DNA from: Dehalococcoidia bacterium
GTDB taxonomy: Bacteria > Chloroflexota > Dehalococcoidia > UBA2979
Assembly (NCBI GenBank): GCA_041390685.1
Contig: JAWKPL010000001.1
Span: 2,545,269-2,609,268, forward strand
Direction: 5' to 3'
Length of the DNA: 64,000 bases
The notes below the pieces were generated by a model that searched no databases, was not told where the DNA came from, and saw only the letters and a program-made list of their open reading frames with translations. Shown here one piece after another: positions 47,168-56,946 of this stretch (positions are counted from its first letter, which is position 1; each line of letters opens with the position of its first letter). Position numbers and translations under genes: made by a program.

Positions 47168-48256
47168 ATGTCCGAGGACGAGTCGCTCCGCGAGCTTGCC
47201 CGCCTCGCCCGGACGGCGGGCACCGTCGTCGTCGGGCAGAGCGTGCAGCGCCGCCAGCACCCCGACCCCGCGACCTACGTCGGCTCCGGCAAGCTCGAGG
47301 AGATCAAGGACGCCCGCGAGCGCACCGACTACAGCCTCGTCGTCTTCGACGAGCAGTTGTCGCCCGCCCAGCAGCTCCGCCTCGAATCAGCGCTCGAGGT
47401 GAAAGTCCTCGACCGGAGCGCGCTCATCCTCGACATCTTCGCGAGCCGCGCTCGCACCCGTGAAGCCCGCCTCCAGGTGGAGCTCGCTCAGCACGAGTAC
47501 CTCCTGCCGCGTCTGCGCGGCCAGTGGCAACACCTCGAGCGCATGGAAGGTGCCGTCGGCCTCCGTGGCCCCGGTGAGACCCAGCTCGAGACCGACCGCC
47601 GCCTCATCGGCCAGCGCATCGCCCGTCTCAAGCGTGAGATCGATGCCGTCCGCCGCCAGCGCGCCCTCCACCGCCGACGCCGCACCCGCGAGGGCGTCCC
47701 CGTCGTCGCACTCGTCGGCTACACGAACGCCGGCAAGTCCTCCCTCCTGCGCACCCTCGCAGGCACCGAGGTACTCGCGGCGGACACCCTCTTCGCGACG
47801 CTCGACCCGCTCACACGGCGCGTCGCGCTTCCCGGCAACGAGACCATCCTCGTCACCGACACCGTGGGCTTCATCCAGAAGCTCCCCACGCAGCTCATCT
47901 CAGCCTTCCGCGCGACGCTCGAGGAGTTGGAGAGCGCCGATCTTCTCCTCCACGTCGTCGATGCCACCTCGCCCGCCATCGAGGCGCAATGGGCCACCGT
48001 CATGGAGACCCTCGACACCTTGGGCCTGGCCGGCAGGCCGATGCTCACTGTCCTCAACAAGGCCGATGGCCTCACCCGTCCCGATGGCCAGCCCGTCGCT
48101 TCCGAGGCCGACCTGCCGCACGTCGAGGTCGCAAGCCCGGCGCCCGGCGCCGCACTCCTCGTCTCCGCCACCGAAGGCTGGGGCATCGACGCCCTCCGCC
48201 GCCGCCTCGCCTTCGAGATGTTCGGCGTCCGCCCCGAGGTGGCGGCCCCGGCTTAG
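47168..48256 (+). CDS. hflX: GTPase HflX
   Basis: 362 aa from the first ATG. G-domain VALVGYTNAGKSSLL and DTVGF. The in-frame upstream sequence encodes the conserved N-terminal KERAYLVGL but has no canonical start codon. Confidence 0.85.
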   Translation: MSEDESLRELARLARTAGTVVVGQSVQRRQHPDPATYVGSGKLEEIKDARERTDYSLVVFDEQLSPAQQLRLESALEVKVLDRSALILDIFASRARTREARLQVELAQHEYLLPRLRGQWQHLERMEGAVGLRGPGETQLETDRRLIGQRIARLKREIDAVRRQRALHRRRRTREGVPVVALVGYTNAGKSSLLRTLAGTEVLAADTLFATLDPLTRRVALPGNETILVTDTVGFIQKLPTQLISAFRATLEELESADLLLHVVDATSPAIEAQWATVMETLDTLGLAGRPMLTVLNKADGLTRPDGQPVASEADLPHVEVASPAPGAALLVSATEGWGIDALRRRLAFEMFGVRPEVAAPA

Positions 48257-49425
48257 TCCCGCTCGCGCTCGCAGATCATCGCCACATGCTCCCCTCGCAC
48301 CCGAGTGAGGATCACGCTCGCCACCCCTGCCTCCGGCTCCGCAATTCCCCTCCCCCGCTCCCGGGGACGGGGGCTCACCTCCGGTTTCGGTCGCCTCGAC
48401 AACCCGCGGTTCAAGCGCCGCTCCAGGTCGTTCGTATCCACCGGCGACCCGCGCCGCCCCACCTCCACTCGCCCGAACCCCAGCGCCCGCACCCGCTCTT
48501 CGATCCGCCGCGCGGAAAACGCGGACCACTCGAGCACCCGGAACCGTCGCGCGAACGGCGACTCCACGGCAGCGTCCGCGGTGAGATACGCGATCCGCTC
48601 ATCCAGCTTCCACGCCCCGAGCTGCTCCGCCAGCGCCTCGATGAGCCCCGCACGTCCGACCGCCGGGTCCGGGTCGTACAGGTACAGCCCCGGCTCCCCG
48701 GTCGCTGTCCGCCCGTCATCCGGCTCCGCGGACAGCGAACACGAAGGCTCCAGCAGCGTTGCCGTCCGCGGCGACCGCGCCAGTTCCCCGAGCCACAGCA
48801 CCGCGGCCTTCAGCTCACGACCCGCCGAGATGAACTCGATCTCGCCCCCCGCCGGCAGCCGTTCGAGGTCGATCCCGGGCGCCAGCTTGATCCCCGCCCC
48901 GCGCCGCCCCGAGGCGACCTCGGTCACGCGCCGCAGCGACGGCGACCAGCGCTCCGGCTCCAGCCGCCGCCCGGCCGCGTCGCGACGGGCTGGGTCCGCC
49001 CACACCGCCTCGATGCCAGCTGGGGGAGTCCATTCGTCGAGGTCCGCGCGCAGCGTCTCGACGCGCCCCGTCACCCCGCGCACTGAGGCGTTCGCCCGCA
49101 CCATCGCCAGCCGCGTCTCATCACGGTCGACCGCCAGCACCCGCGCGACGCGCGCGATGGCAAGCGCGTCCCCGCCCATCCCGCAACCGAGGTCGGCGAC
49201 CGTCTCGAATCCTGCGAACCGCTCTGCGATGTGCCGCGCGACGAGGTCGGGGCTGGCCTGCTCCCCCGCCTCGCGGTCGCAGAACAACCAGTCCGCGTCC
49301 TCGATCTTCCCCCGTGCCGCCCGTCGTCCGGCCGCGAGCGTCATCGCCGCCCGCGCACGCTCAGCTCCATAGCGCCGCCCGAGCTGTCGCAGCGCCGTCA
49401 ACTCGCCCGACCGCTCCAGGAGCAT
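48253..49425 (-). CDS. class I SAM-dependent methyltransferase
   Basis: 390 aa from ATG 49425 (a GTG at 49491 is also possible). Motif I VADLGCGMGGDALAIA. 3' end overlaps the hflX stop region (convergent). Confidence 0.6.
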   Translation of the reverse strand: MLLERSGELTALRQLGRRYGAERARAAMTLAAGRRAARGKIEDADWLFCDREAGEQASPDLVARHIAERFAGFETVADLGCGMGGDALAIARVARVLAVDRDETRLAMVRANASVRGVTGRVETLRADLDEWTPPAGIEAVWADPARRDAAGRRLEPERWSPSLRRVTEVASGRRGAGIKLAPGIDLERLPAGGEIEFISAGRELKAAVLWLGELARSPRTATLLEPSCSLSAEPDDGRTATGEPGLYLYDPDPAVGRAGLIEALAEQLGAWKLDERIAYLTADAAVESPFARRFRVLEWSAFSARRIEERVRALGFGRVEVGRRGSPVDTNDLERRLNRGLSRRPKPEVSPRPRERGRGIAEPEAGVASVILTRVRGEHVAMICERERD

Positions 49426-49504
49426 CGACGCCTCGCCGGCGGCCGTGCGGCCGCCCTCCGTCTGCAGCCAGTCGAGGTCCGCGGCATCCACCGCTGCCGC
49501 CCGC

Positions 49505-50353
49505 CTACCGCGCGGCGCGGACCGTCTGCGCGATCGGGTCGTCGAGCCAGTCCCGCCCCGCGAACTCTGCGCGTAGCGCCGTGGCTGCCTCCCGCAGGAC
49601 ACCGCCGCCGCTGTCGCGGATCCACTTCGCGGCGCGCGGCTCTCCCGCGAACGCGGACGGCACGTCGTCGAGCCACGACGCGACACGCCTGCCCAGCGCC
49701 GTCTCTCGCGCCGCGGCGAGCAGCCACTCCGCCGGCGGGTGCGAACCTCCATCGAGGACGCAGGCCAGCCGGCACACCGATGCCGCCGCTTCCGCCGCCG
49801 ATAGCACGGCCCCGCGGTCGGCGTCCTCCTCACCCAGCGGCGCCCCCGCGAGCGCCTCCAGCGACTGCGCCGCTTGTATGTACAGCGGTCGTGCCACGCG
49901 CTCGAGCGCGTCCGCCGGCAGCCGCGCTGCCATCCCCACCAGCGAGTCGAAGCGGTGCAGCGGGTCGTGCAGCGCCTGCCCGTGCCGCGCCAGCCACTTC
50001 ATCTCGAGCGACCGCCGTGTCACCCCTTCGAGGTGCCGCCCCGCCGACTCCGAGGTGAGCACCGCCAGCTGCATCGCCGGCACCGTGTCAGTCGCCCGCA
50101 CGTGCACCAGTGTCGACCCGTCTCGCACCAGTGGGTTCCGCAACTCGGGCCGCAACGACCGCGCCTCGGGCCCATCGAGGATCAGCCACAGGAGGGCGGG
50201 AGCGTCCGTGCGCGCCCACTCCACCGCGGGCGGCCGTACGAGCACCAGCAGCGCCCGCGTCGCGACCTCGTCCCACGGCGCCCCATCGAGGAGCGCTCGC
50301 GCCGCCTCCGCGGTCGCCGCCCGCCGCTCCGCAAGCTCCTCGGTCGACGTCAT
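49505..50353 (-). CDS. hypothetical protein
   Basis: 282 aa, Ala/Arg-rich, no motif. Start overlaps the upstream flavodoxin-like gene stop. Confidence 0.4.
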   Translation of the reverse strand: MTSTEELAERRAATAEAARALLDGAPWDEVATRALLVLVRPPAVEWARTDAPALLWLILDGPEARSLRPELRNPLVRDGSTLVHVRATDTVPAMQLAVLTSESAGRHLEGVTRRSLEMKWLARHGQALHDPLHRFDSLVGMAARLPADALERVARPLYIQAAQSLEALAGAPLGEEDADRGAVLSAAEAAASVCRLACVLDGGSHPPAEWLLAAARETALGRRVASWLDDVPSAFAGEPRAAKWIRDSGGGVLREAATALRAEFAGRDWLDDPIAQTVRAAR

Positions 50354-50853
50354 TGCAGCCTCACTGCCAACTCCGCCACCCGCCGCCCAAGGACGCGCGC
50401 CTGCTCACGGTCGTCATCGTTGACCTCCGCGTGCGCGGTCGCCCCGTAATACGAGCCCGACCGTCGCATCCGCTCCGACCACGGCAGACCCACAAAGACC
50501 ATCCCGTGGCCCAGGATCAGGTGCATCAGCTGCAGCAGCGTCGCCTCGATCCCGCCGTGCGGCGACCACCCGGCCGTGAACGCGCCCCCGGGCTTCCCTG
50601 CCAGCTCGCCCGACTCCCACACGTCACCGCTCCGGTCCATCCAGTCCTTCAGCTTCCCCGTGATCCCCGTCCAGTTCGGCGACCCGAGGATCAGCCCGTC
50701 CGCCGTCAGCAGCTCCTCCGGCCGCGCCTCGTCCACCGTCCGCGCCCGCACCTCGGCGCCGGCCACACTTTCCACACCCGCGCACACGGCGCGCGCCAAC
50801 TCCGCCACCAGTCCCTCGCGGCTGTCGTACAGGACGAGGACCGTCGCCGTCAT
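50350..50853 (-). CDS. flavodoxin-like fold NAD(P)H-dependent FMN reductase / WrbA-like
   Basis: 167 aa (VLVLYDSREGLVAELARAV...LILGSPNWTGITGKLKDWMD). Confidence 0.7.
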   Translation of the reverse strand: MTATVLVLYDSREGLVAELARAVCAGVESVAGAEVRARTVDEARPEELLTADGLILGSPNWTGITGKLKDWMDRSGDVWESGELAGKPGGAFTAGWSPHGGIEATLLQLMHLILGHGMVFVGLPWSERMRRSGSYYGATAHAEVNDDDREQARVLGRRVAELAVRLQ

Positions 50854-50856
50854 GTT

Positions 50857-51117
50857 CTAACCGTCAGTGCCGGTGTGGTCGGTGATCACCTGCCGGAAGT
50901 GCGTGATCCGCTCTTCGATCTCCGGCTCCACATCCTGCAGCCGCTCCCGCAGGCCGGAGATCAGCGCCACCGCTCCCCCGTATGCCACGAACCACTCCAC
51001 GCCCTGCAGCACGGCGTGCGTGAATGGGTGCCGTCCGCCACGATGTCGGAGGTAGCCCCAGGCCAATCCCGCCGCCAGCGCCGCCAGCGCGAAGCGCAAC
51101 TGCTGTCGTTCGTTCAC
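50857..51117 (-). CDS. small hypothetical membrane protein
   Basis: 86 aa with two hydrophobic segments. First gene of the minus-strand operon. Confidence 0.4.
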   Translation of the reverse strand: MNERQQLRFALAALAAGLAWGYLRHRGGRHPFTHAVLQGVEWFVAYGGAVALISGLRERLQDVEPEIEERITHFRQVITDHTGTDG

Positions 51118-51303
51118 GTCGTCTCCCTTGCCTCATCGTACGGGCGGCAGGCAATCGCGTACAGCGATCGCGACGGGGGGACGAACGTCAGTAGCGGACG
51201 ATGCGTCGACGTGGCAGACTACGCGCGTCGTACTACTCAGGTCAGATCGGTGTATGCTGCGCGGCGGCCCGGAGGGCCGTGCAGCACGAGAAGGAGAGGC
51301 GAT

Positions 51304-52185
51304 TTGCAGGACGTCACTTACCGTCGGCCCGCCACCTTGCAAGAGGCGGTGCAACTGCTCAAGGACAACGGCCCCACGGCTCGCGTCCTCGCGGGCGGCA
51401 CGGACATCATCGTCATGGCGCGTGAGCGGCGTCGCGACACCAGCATGTTCGTCGATATTAAGGCCATTCCGGAACTCACCGGCATTCGCTTCGATGCGAA
51501 TGAGGGCCTCACCCTCGGCGCGGCCACGCCTCTCTACCAGGTCTACCGCAATGAGACGATTCAGCGGCTCTACCCCTGCCTCGTCGACTCCGCGTCGCTC
51601 ATCGGCGGCACCGCCATCCAGGGGCGCGCCAGCTTCGGCGGCAACCTCTGCAACTCCGGCCCCGCCGCGGACAGCATCCCCTCGCTCATCGTCCTCGAGG
51701 GCAAGGCCCGCATCGTCGGACCCAACGGCGAGCGCACGGTCGCGGTCGAGGACTTCTGCACCGGCCCGGGCCGCAACGTCCTCGAGGCCGGCGAGATCCT
51801 CGTCTCGCTCAGCTTCCCCGCCCCGCACCCGAACAGCGGCGCTCGCTTCCTCCGCTTCATCCCCCGTAACGAGATGGACATCGCCGTCGTCAACGCGGCG
51901 ACCGCCCTCCGCTTCGAGGGTGACACAGTCGCGGCCGCCCGCATCGCCATCGGCGCCGTAGCCCCCACGCCCCTCTTCGTCCCGGCCGCCGGCGCTGCCC
52001 TCGTCGGCAAACCCCTGACGGACGAGACAATCGCAGCCGCCGCCAACGCATCGCGCGATGCGGCCACGCCCATCGACGACATGCGCGGCTCTGTCCGCCA
52101 GCGCAAGCACCTCTCGTACGTCCTCACCGAGCGGACCATCCGCGACGCGGCTCGCCGCGCCCGCGGTGAAACCCTGGAGCACTAA
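51304..52185 (+). CDS. xanthine dehydrogenase family FAD-binding subunit (CoxM/CutM-like)
   Basis: 293 aa from TTG 51304, preceded by AAGGAGAGG. VTYRRPATLQEAVQLLKDNGPTARVLAGGTDIIV FAD-binding motif. Confidence 0.85.
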   Translation: MQDVTYRRPATLQEAVQLLKDNGPTARVLAGGTDIIVMARERRRDTSMFVDIKAIPELTGIRFDANEGLTLGAATPLYQVYRNETIQRLYPCLVDSASLIGGTAIQGRASFGGNLCNSGPAADSIPSLIVLEGKARIVGPNGERTVAVEDFCTGPGRNVLEAGEILVSLSFPAPHPNSGARFLRFIPRNEMDIAVVNAATALRFEGDTVAAARIAIGAVAPTPLFVPAAGAALVGKPLTDETIAAAANASRDAATPIDDMRGSVRQRKHLSYVLTERTIRDAARRARGETLEH

Positions 52186-52188
52186 GCC

Positions 52189-52662
52189 TTGAGCAACCGC
52201 ATCATCATCAACACCGTCATCAACGGGGAGCCCACCGAGTTCCTCGCCGACGAGCGCGACAGCCTCCTCGAGGCGCTACGTGAGCGCATCGGCCTCACCG
52301 GCGTCAAAGAGGGATGCAACAACGGTAACTGTGGCGCCTGCGCCGTCATCATGGACGGCCGCCTCGTGAACTCCTGCTGCGTCATGGCCGCCGAGGTCGA
52401 GGGCGCGGACATCACCACCGTCGAAGGCCTCGCGAAGGGCGGCGAGCTCACCCCCCTCCAGCAGACCTTCCTCGAGGACGCCGCCCTCCAGTGCGGCATC
52501 TGCACCCCGGGCTTCCTCGTCGCCGCCACCGCGCTCCTCGACGTGAACCCGCACCCGACCGAGCACGAAATCCGCTACTGGCTCGCCGGGAACCTCTGCC
52601 GCTGCACTGGCTACGACAAGATCATCCGCGCCGTGCAGCACGCCGCCGAACGCTCCGCGTAG
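52189..52662 (+). CDS. (2Fe-2S)-binding small subunit of molybdenum hydroxylase (CoxS-like)
   Basis: 157 aa. Two [2Fe-2S] Cys clusters (CNNGNCGACAV, CGICTPGF...CRCTGY). Confidence 0.9.
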   Translation: MSNRIIINTVINGEPTEFLADERDSLLEALRERIGLTGVKEGCNNGNCGACAVIMDGRLVNSCCVMAAEVEGADITTVEGLAKGGELTPLQQTFLEDAALQCGICTPGFLVAATALLDVNPHPTEHEIRYWLAGNLCRCTGYDKIIRAVQHAAERSA

Positions 52663-52688
52663 CGGCCGCAACACATCCGTAGTGTATG

Positions 52689-52719
52689 GATATGGTGCGT
52701 CGAATAAACGCACCATATC
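52689..52719. repeat. perfect 12-bp inverted repeat between coxS-like and coxL-like genes
   Basis: GATATGGTGCGT-cgaataa-ACGCACCATATC, in a lower-GC 115-nt intergenic gap. Hairpin or dimeric regulator site. Confidence 0.6.
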
Positions 52720-52778
52720 CAGTAGAATGTCGGCTATCGAACCGGCACTCGCTCAATTCGACGTTAGGAGACTCCTGC

Positions 52779-55046
52779 ATGGTCGCGACTGAGCCATACA
52801 AGATCGTCGGCACGCGTCCTGTTCGCCCGGACGGGGTGGACAAGGTCACCGGGCGTGCCAACTACGGCTCGGACATCAAGCTCCCCGGCATGCTCTACGC
52901 GCGCGTCAAGCGCAGCCCGCATGCCCACGCCATCATCAAGAACATCGACGTCTCGAAGGCCCTCGCCCTCCCCGGCGTCAAGGCCGTCGTCACACGCGCC
53001 GACTTCCGCGAGGCTGGCCCCGGACTCATCGACATCGGCGAAGGGCCCCCGGTCAACCTCAGGTTCATGCTCGACAACGTCTGCGCCGGCGACAAAGTCG
53101 TCTACAAGGGCCACGCCGTCGCCTCCGTCGCGGCCACCGACCTCCACACCGCCGAGGACGCCATGAACCTGATCGAGGTCGAGTACGAGGTACTCCCCCC
53201 GGTCATGAACGTCCGCGACGCCATGCTCGAGTCCGCTCCGCTCATCCACGGCAACGAGCTCACCGGCGGCCTCACCGCCGCTGACATGGGCAAGCGCCCC
53301 TCCAACATCGCCAACCGCGTCGAGTTCGAGATGGGAGACATCGAGGCCGGCTTCGCTCAGGCCGACGTCGTCGTCGAGCGCGAGTTCGAGACCGCGATGT
53401 ACCACCAGGGCTACATCGAGCCCCACAACGCCACCGTCATCTGGAACCAGGATGACGACATCACGATCTGGACCAGCACTCAGGGCAGCTTCTCCGTGCG
53501 CACCGCGAGCGCCATGATCCTCGGTGTCCCGGTCTCCAGCGTGAAGGTCGTCCCGATGGAGATCGGCGGCGGCTTCGGCGGCAAGATCCCGGTCTACCTG
53601 GAACCCCACGCCGCGCTCCTCTCGAAGAAGACCGGCGGCGCCCCCGTCAAGATGTGGATGACCCGCGACGAAGTCCTCGAGGCCACCGGTCCAACCTCCG
53701 GCACCTTCGCGCGCGTCAAGATCGGCGCCAGGCGCGACGGCACGCTTGTGTCCGCCAGGGTCCACCTTGCCTTCGAGGCTGGCGGCTTCCCCGGCTCCCC
53801 CGTTGGCGCCGGCGCCATGTGCGCCCTCGGGCCGTACACGATCCCGAACGCCTTCGTCGAGGGCTTCGACGTCGTCGTGAACCGCCCGAAAGTTGCCGCC
53901 TACCGCGCCCCCGGCGCCCCCGCCGCCGAGTACGCCGTAGAGTCGGTCATCGACGAGATCGCCGAACAGCTCGGCATGGACCCCATGGACTTCCGCCTGA
54001 AGAACGCGGCCGTCGAGGGCACCCGGCGACCGGACGGCGCCACCATGGGCGTCATCGGCAACGTCCAGGTCATGGAGGCCATCAAGGACAGCCCCCACTA
54101 CAAGTCGGAACTCGAGGGCGAGAACCGCGGCCGTGGCGTCGCCATGGGCTTCTGGTTCAACGCCGGCATGGAGTCCGCGGCCTACGCGACCGTCGTCTCT
54201 GACGGCACCGTCGCCCTGGTCACCGGCGCCACCGACATCGGCGGCACCCGCGCCACCCACGCCATGCAGCTCGCCGAAACCCTCGGCATCCCCTACGAGG
54301 ACGTCAAGCCCCACGTGGTCGACACCGACTCCATCGGCTGGACCGGCGTCACCGGCGGCAGCCGCACGACCTTCGCCGGCGGCTGGGCCGTCTACGAGGC
54401 CGCCATGGACATCCGTGTCCAGATGGAGGAGCGCGCCGCCAAGATCTGGGAAGTCGACCGCGAGCACGTCCGCTACGAGAACGGTGCCGTCCACGGCCCC
54501 GAGGGCAAGACGTTCACCTTCAAGGAGCTCGCTGCCCAGCTGCCGCACACCGGCGGTACCATCGCCGGCCACGCGGACGTCAACCCGACCACCGTCGGTG
54601 CGGCCTTCGCCGGCCACATCTGCGACGTCGAGGTCGACCCCGACACCGGCAAGGTCACCATCCTCCGCTACACCGCCGTCCAGGACGTCGGCACCGCGGT
54701 GCACCCCTCCTACGTCGAGGGCCAGATCCAGGGTGGCGCTTCGCAGGGCATCGGCATGGCGCTCAGCGAGGAGTACTTCTACGACGACAACGGTGTCATG
54801 CGGAACTCGAGCCTCCTCGACTACCGCATGCCCACCGCGCTCGACCTCCCGATGATCGACACGATCCTCGTCGAGGTCCCGAACCCCGGCCACCCCTACG
54901 GTGTCCGTGGCGTCGGTGAAGTCCCGATCGTCCCGCCGCTGGCGGCCGTCGCCAACGCGATCTACCACGCGACCGGTGTCCGCGTGCACAAGCTCCCGGC
55001 GAACCCGCGCAACCTCCTCGAGGAGCTGCTCCCGCCGGAGGCCTAG
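52779..55046 (+). CDS. molybdopterin-binding large subunit of xanthine dehydrogenase family enzyme (CoxL-like, substrate uncertain)
   Basis: 755 aa from ATG 52779 (RBS AGGAG 8 nt upstream). Active-site loop reads AAYRAPGAP, which matches neither the form I (VAYRCSFR) nor the form II (AYRGAGR) CODH motif. Confidence 0.88.
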   Translation: MVATEPYKIVGTRPVRPDGVDKVTGRANYGSDIKLPGMLYARVKRSPHAHAIIKNIDVSKALALPGVKAVVTRADFREAGPGLIDIGEGPPVNLRFMLDNVCAGDKVVYKGHAVASVAATDLHTAEDAMNLIEVEYEVLPPVMNVRDAMLESAPLIHGNELTGGLTAADMGKRPSNIANRVEFEMGDIEAGFAQADVVVEREFETAMYHQGYIEPHNATVIWNQDDDITIWTSTQGSFSVRTASAMILGVPVSSVKVVPMEIGGGFGGKIPVYLEPHAALLSKKTGGAPVKMWMTRDEVLEATGPTSGTFARVKIGARRDGTLVSARVHLAFEAGGFPGSPVGAGAMCALGPYTIPNAFVEGFDVVVNRPKVAAYRAPGAPAAEYAVESVIDEIAEQLGMDPMDFRLKNAAVEGTRRPDGATMGVIGNVQVMEAIKDSPHYKSELEGENRGRGVAMGFWFNAGMESAAYATVVSDGTVALVTGATDIGGTRATHAMQLAETLGIPYEDVKPHVVDTDSIGWTGVTGGSRTTFAGGWAVYEAAMDIRVQMEERAAKIWEVDREHVRYENGAVHGPEGKTFTFKELAAQLPHTGGTIAGHADVNPTTVGAAFAGHICDVEVDPDTGKVTILRYTAVQDVGTAVHPSYVEGQIQGGASQGIGMALSEEYFYDDNGVMRNSSLLDYRMPTALDLPMIDTILVEVPNPGHPYGVRGVGEVPIVPPLAAVANAIYHATGVRVHKLPANPRNLLEELLPPEA

Positions 55047-55080
55047 TCGGTCGTCGACGTTCCACTCGGGAACACACCGC

Positions 55081-55108
55081 GAGGGGCATGGCAGCAGCCG
55101 TGCCCCTC
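55081..55108. terminator. hairpin between convergent coxL-like and SnoaL-like genes
   Basis: GAGGGGCA-tggcagcagccg-TGCCCCTC, an 8-bp GC-rich stem. No U-tract, so a bidirectional terminator is possible but not certain. Confidence 0.4.
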
Positions 55109-55213
55109 GCGCGATCCCCACGGACCGCCGCCTGCCTGATCGTGCGCGCGACGCGGCCGCGTCGGGTCGAGAGCGGCGGCTAAGGAGGATCGGCCTACGC
55201 CGGTTCCCGAAGC

Positions 55214-55621
55214 CTACTTTCCCTGACCGAGGGCCGCGGTGCCGGGCCGTCCGGTCCACGCTACTGCCCGTGAGAACTTGCCGTCCTTCACCTCGTAGAG
55301 GCTAAAAGCGTAGACGGCAACCTTGGTGCCAGGCGGCCCGAAGCGTTCATTGCCCCCGGTGTTCGTCCCGGTCCAGAGCTCTTCGATACCGAACCAGTCG
55401 CCCTCACTGGCGAGCACCCGAAGCACCTCCGTCTTCCGGTCGGGGCATGCGGCAGTCGCGAGCTGTTCGAGTTCATACATCTGCGTCCGATTGTGCGTGA
55501 TGCCCTGTGCAGGCCGGTATGCTTCGAAATCGTCCGCGTAGAGGTCGATGTAGTGGTCGAAGTCGGTGTTGTAGACACCTTCATGGTGTTTGGCCAACCG
55601 TGTGGCCTCCTCGATGTTCAT
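55214..55621 (-). CDS. SnoaL-like / NTF2-like domain protein
   Basis: About 135 aa (MNIEEATRLAKHHEGVYNTDFDHYIDLYADDFEAYRP...). Confidence 0.6.
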   Translation of the reverse strand: MNIEEATRLAKHHEGVYNTDFDHYIDLYADDFEAYRPAQGITHNRTQMYELEQLATAACPDRKTEVLRVLASEGDWFGIEELWTGTNTGGNERFGPPGTKVAVYAFSLYEVKDGKFSRAVAWTGRPGTAALGQGK

Positions 55622-55731
55622 CACGCCTTCCCTTTCCCAGCGCCACCCGCGTGCTCCGACTGAATCACTGGCCCGCGGATCTTGGTCGCCCGCGCCTCCC
55701 GCCCCGCGCGCGCAGAAGATACACTGAGGCC

Positions 55732-55995
55732 ATGCCGCTCGTCTTCATCCCATCCCTGATGCGCAACATGACCGAGAACCAGGACCGCGTGCAGGTCGAA
55801 GGCGCCACGCTGCGCCAGGTCGTCGACAACCTCGACGCGCGCTACCCCGGCATCAAGGAACTCGTCGTGCAGGACGGCCGCGTCCGACCCGGCCTCGCCC
55901 TCGCCATCAACGGAGAGATCGCCACCACCGGCCTCATGGCCAGAGTCCCTGACGAGGCCGAAGTCCAGATCCTCCCCGCCATCGGCGGAGGATGA
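55732..55995 (+). CDS. MoaD/ThiS family sulfur-carrier-like protein
   Basis: 87 aa ending in ...ILPAIGGG (C-terminal Gly-Gly). Beta-grasp length. Confidence 0.65.
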   Translation: MPLVFIPSLMRNMTENQDRVQVEGATLRQVVDNLDARYPGIKELVVQDGRVRPGLALAINGEIATTGLMARVPDEAEVQILPAIGGG

Positions 55996-56087
55996 CATAA
56001 CGCGACAGGCCGCATGACTGCGGCCTGTCTCTACTTCTCGGCAGGGGAGTGGCCGCCGAGCCGTCAGCCCCGGCCCTCAGTCGCCCG

Positions 56088-56633
56088 CTAGTCCCCCAGC
56101 AGCGTGTCGTACCCCAGGTCGCGGATCTCCTCCACGTACTCCGACCGCCAGCCCGGCGAGGGGATGCGGCGGTTACGCTCGCGGAACTCGTGGTGGTACA
56201 TCAGGTACTCCTCCTCGAGCCGCTGACGCCACTCCGTCTCCTCCCGGAACGCGTCCGGATCGACCTCCTCCAGGGGACGGTCGATGTCCTCGTCCGGCAG
56301 CTCCACCTCGTCGCGCCAGTACTCCGCCAGGTAGTCCAGCGACTCCTCGAGGTCCCGCCGGCAGTCCAGCATGTACGTCTCGAGGGCCTGCGACGCATCG
56401 ACGGGCGTGCCGCGCAGCCGCTCGATCCGCGCACACTCAGTGCACAGCGTGATCAACTTCCGCGCCTCGCACTCCTCGCCCCGCGGACAGTTCCGGTGCC
56501 GCGGCGCGAACGCGTTCAGCGTCGGCTTCCGCGAATACCCCACCACGAGCGTCTCGAACGTCTGCTCGCACCGAGGGCACACGAGATGGTCCGCGAAGAT
56601 CCGATTGATCGCTTCTTCCCAGTTGATTTGCAT
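56088..56633 (-). CDS. hypothetical zinc-ribbon protein
   Basis: 181 aa. CPRCEQ...CPRGEEC...CTEC Cys pairs, acidic C-terminal half. Confidence 0.45.
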   Translation of the reverse strand: MQINWEEAINRIFADHLVCPRCEQTFETLVVGYSRKPTLNAFAPRHRNCPRGEECEARKLITLCTECARIERLRGTPVDASQALETYMLDCRRDLEESLDYLAEYWRDEVELPDEDIDRPLEEVDPDAFREETEWRQRLEEEYLMYHHEFRERNRRIPSPGWRSEYVEEIRDLGYDTLLGD

Positions 56634-56946
56634 CCTCGGCTCCCTCAGCCCGTTTCTCCGATCCTACGGCGGGCCAACCTCGTGTCAATCGCCGCCGGGC
56701 GCCCCGCGGGACCCCGCCGCCTGCCCCGTATCCCTCTTGCCGCTCGCCTCTGCCGCAGTACGCCGAATGTGTTAGAAAGTCCGTAGGAGTGAGTGGACTG
56801 TGCAGCACGGCGCGCCCGCTCCTCCACGCCGCTGTGCAGTGGGCCGACCCATCGAACCCGCGGCCCCTGCCTCCCGACGCCCGAACCACGTTTCTCGCGG
56901 GCGCCGGTGAGAGCGCCGCCTGGAAAGGGCACGAGTGACGTCCTAG

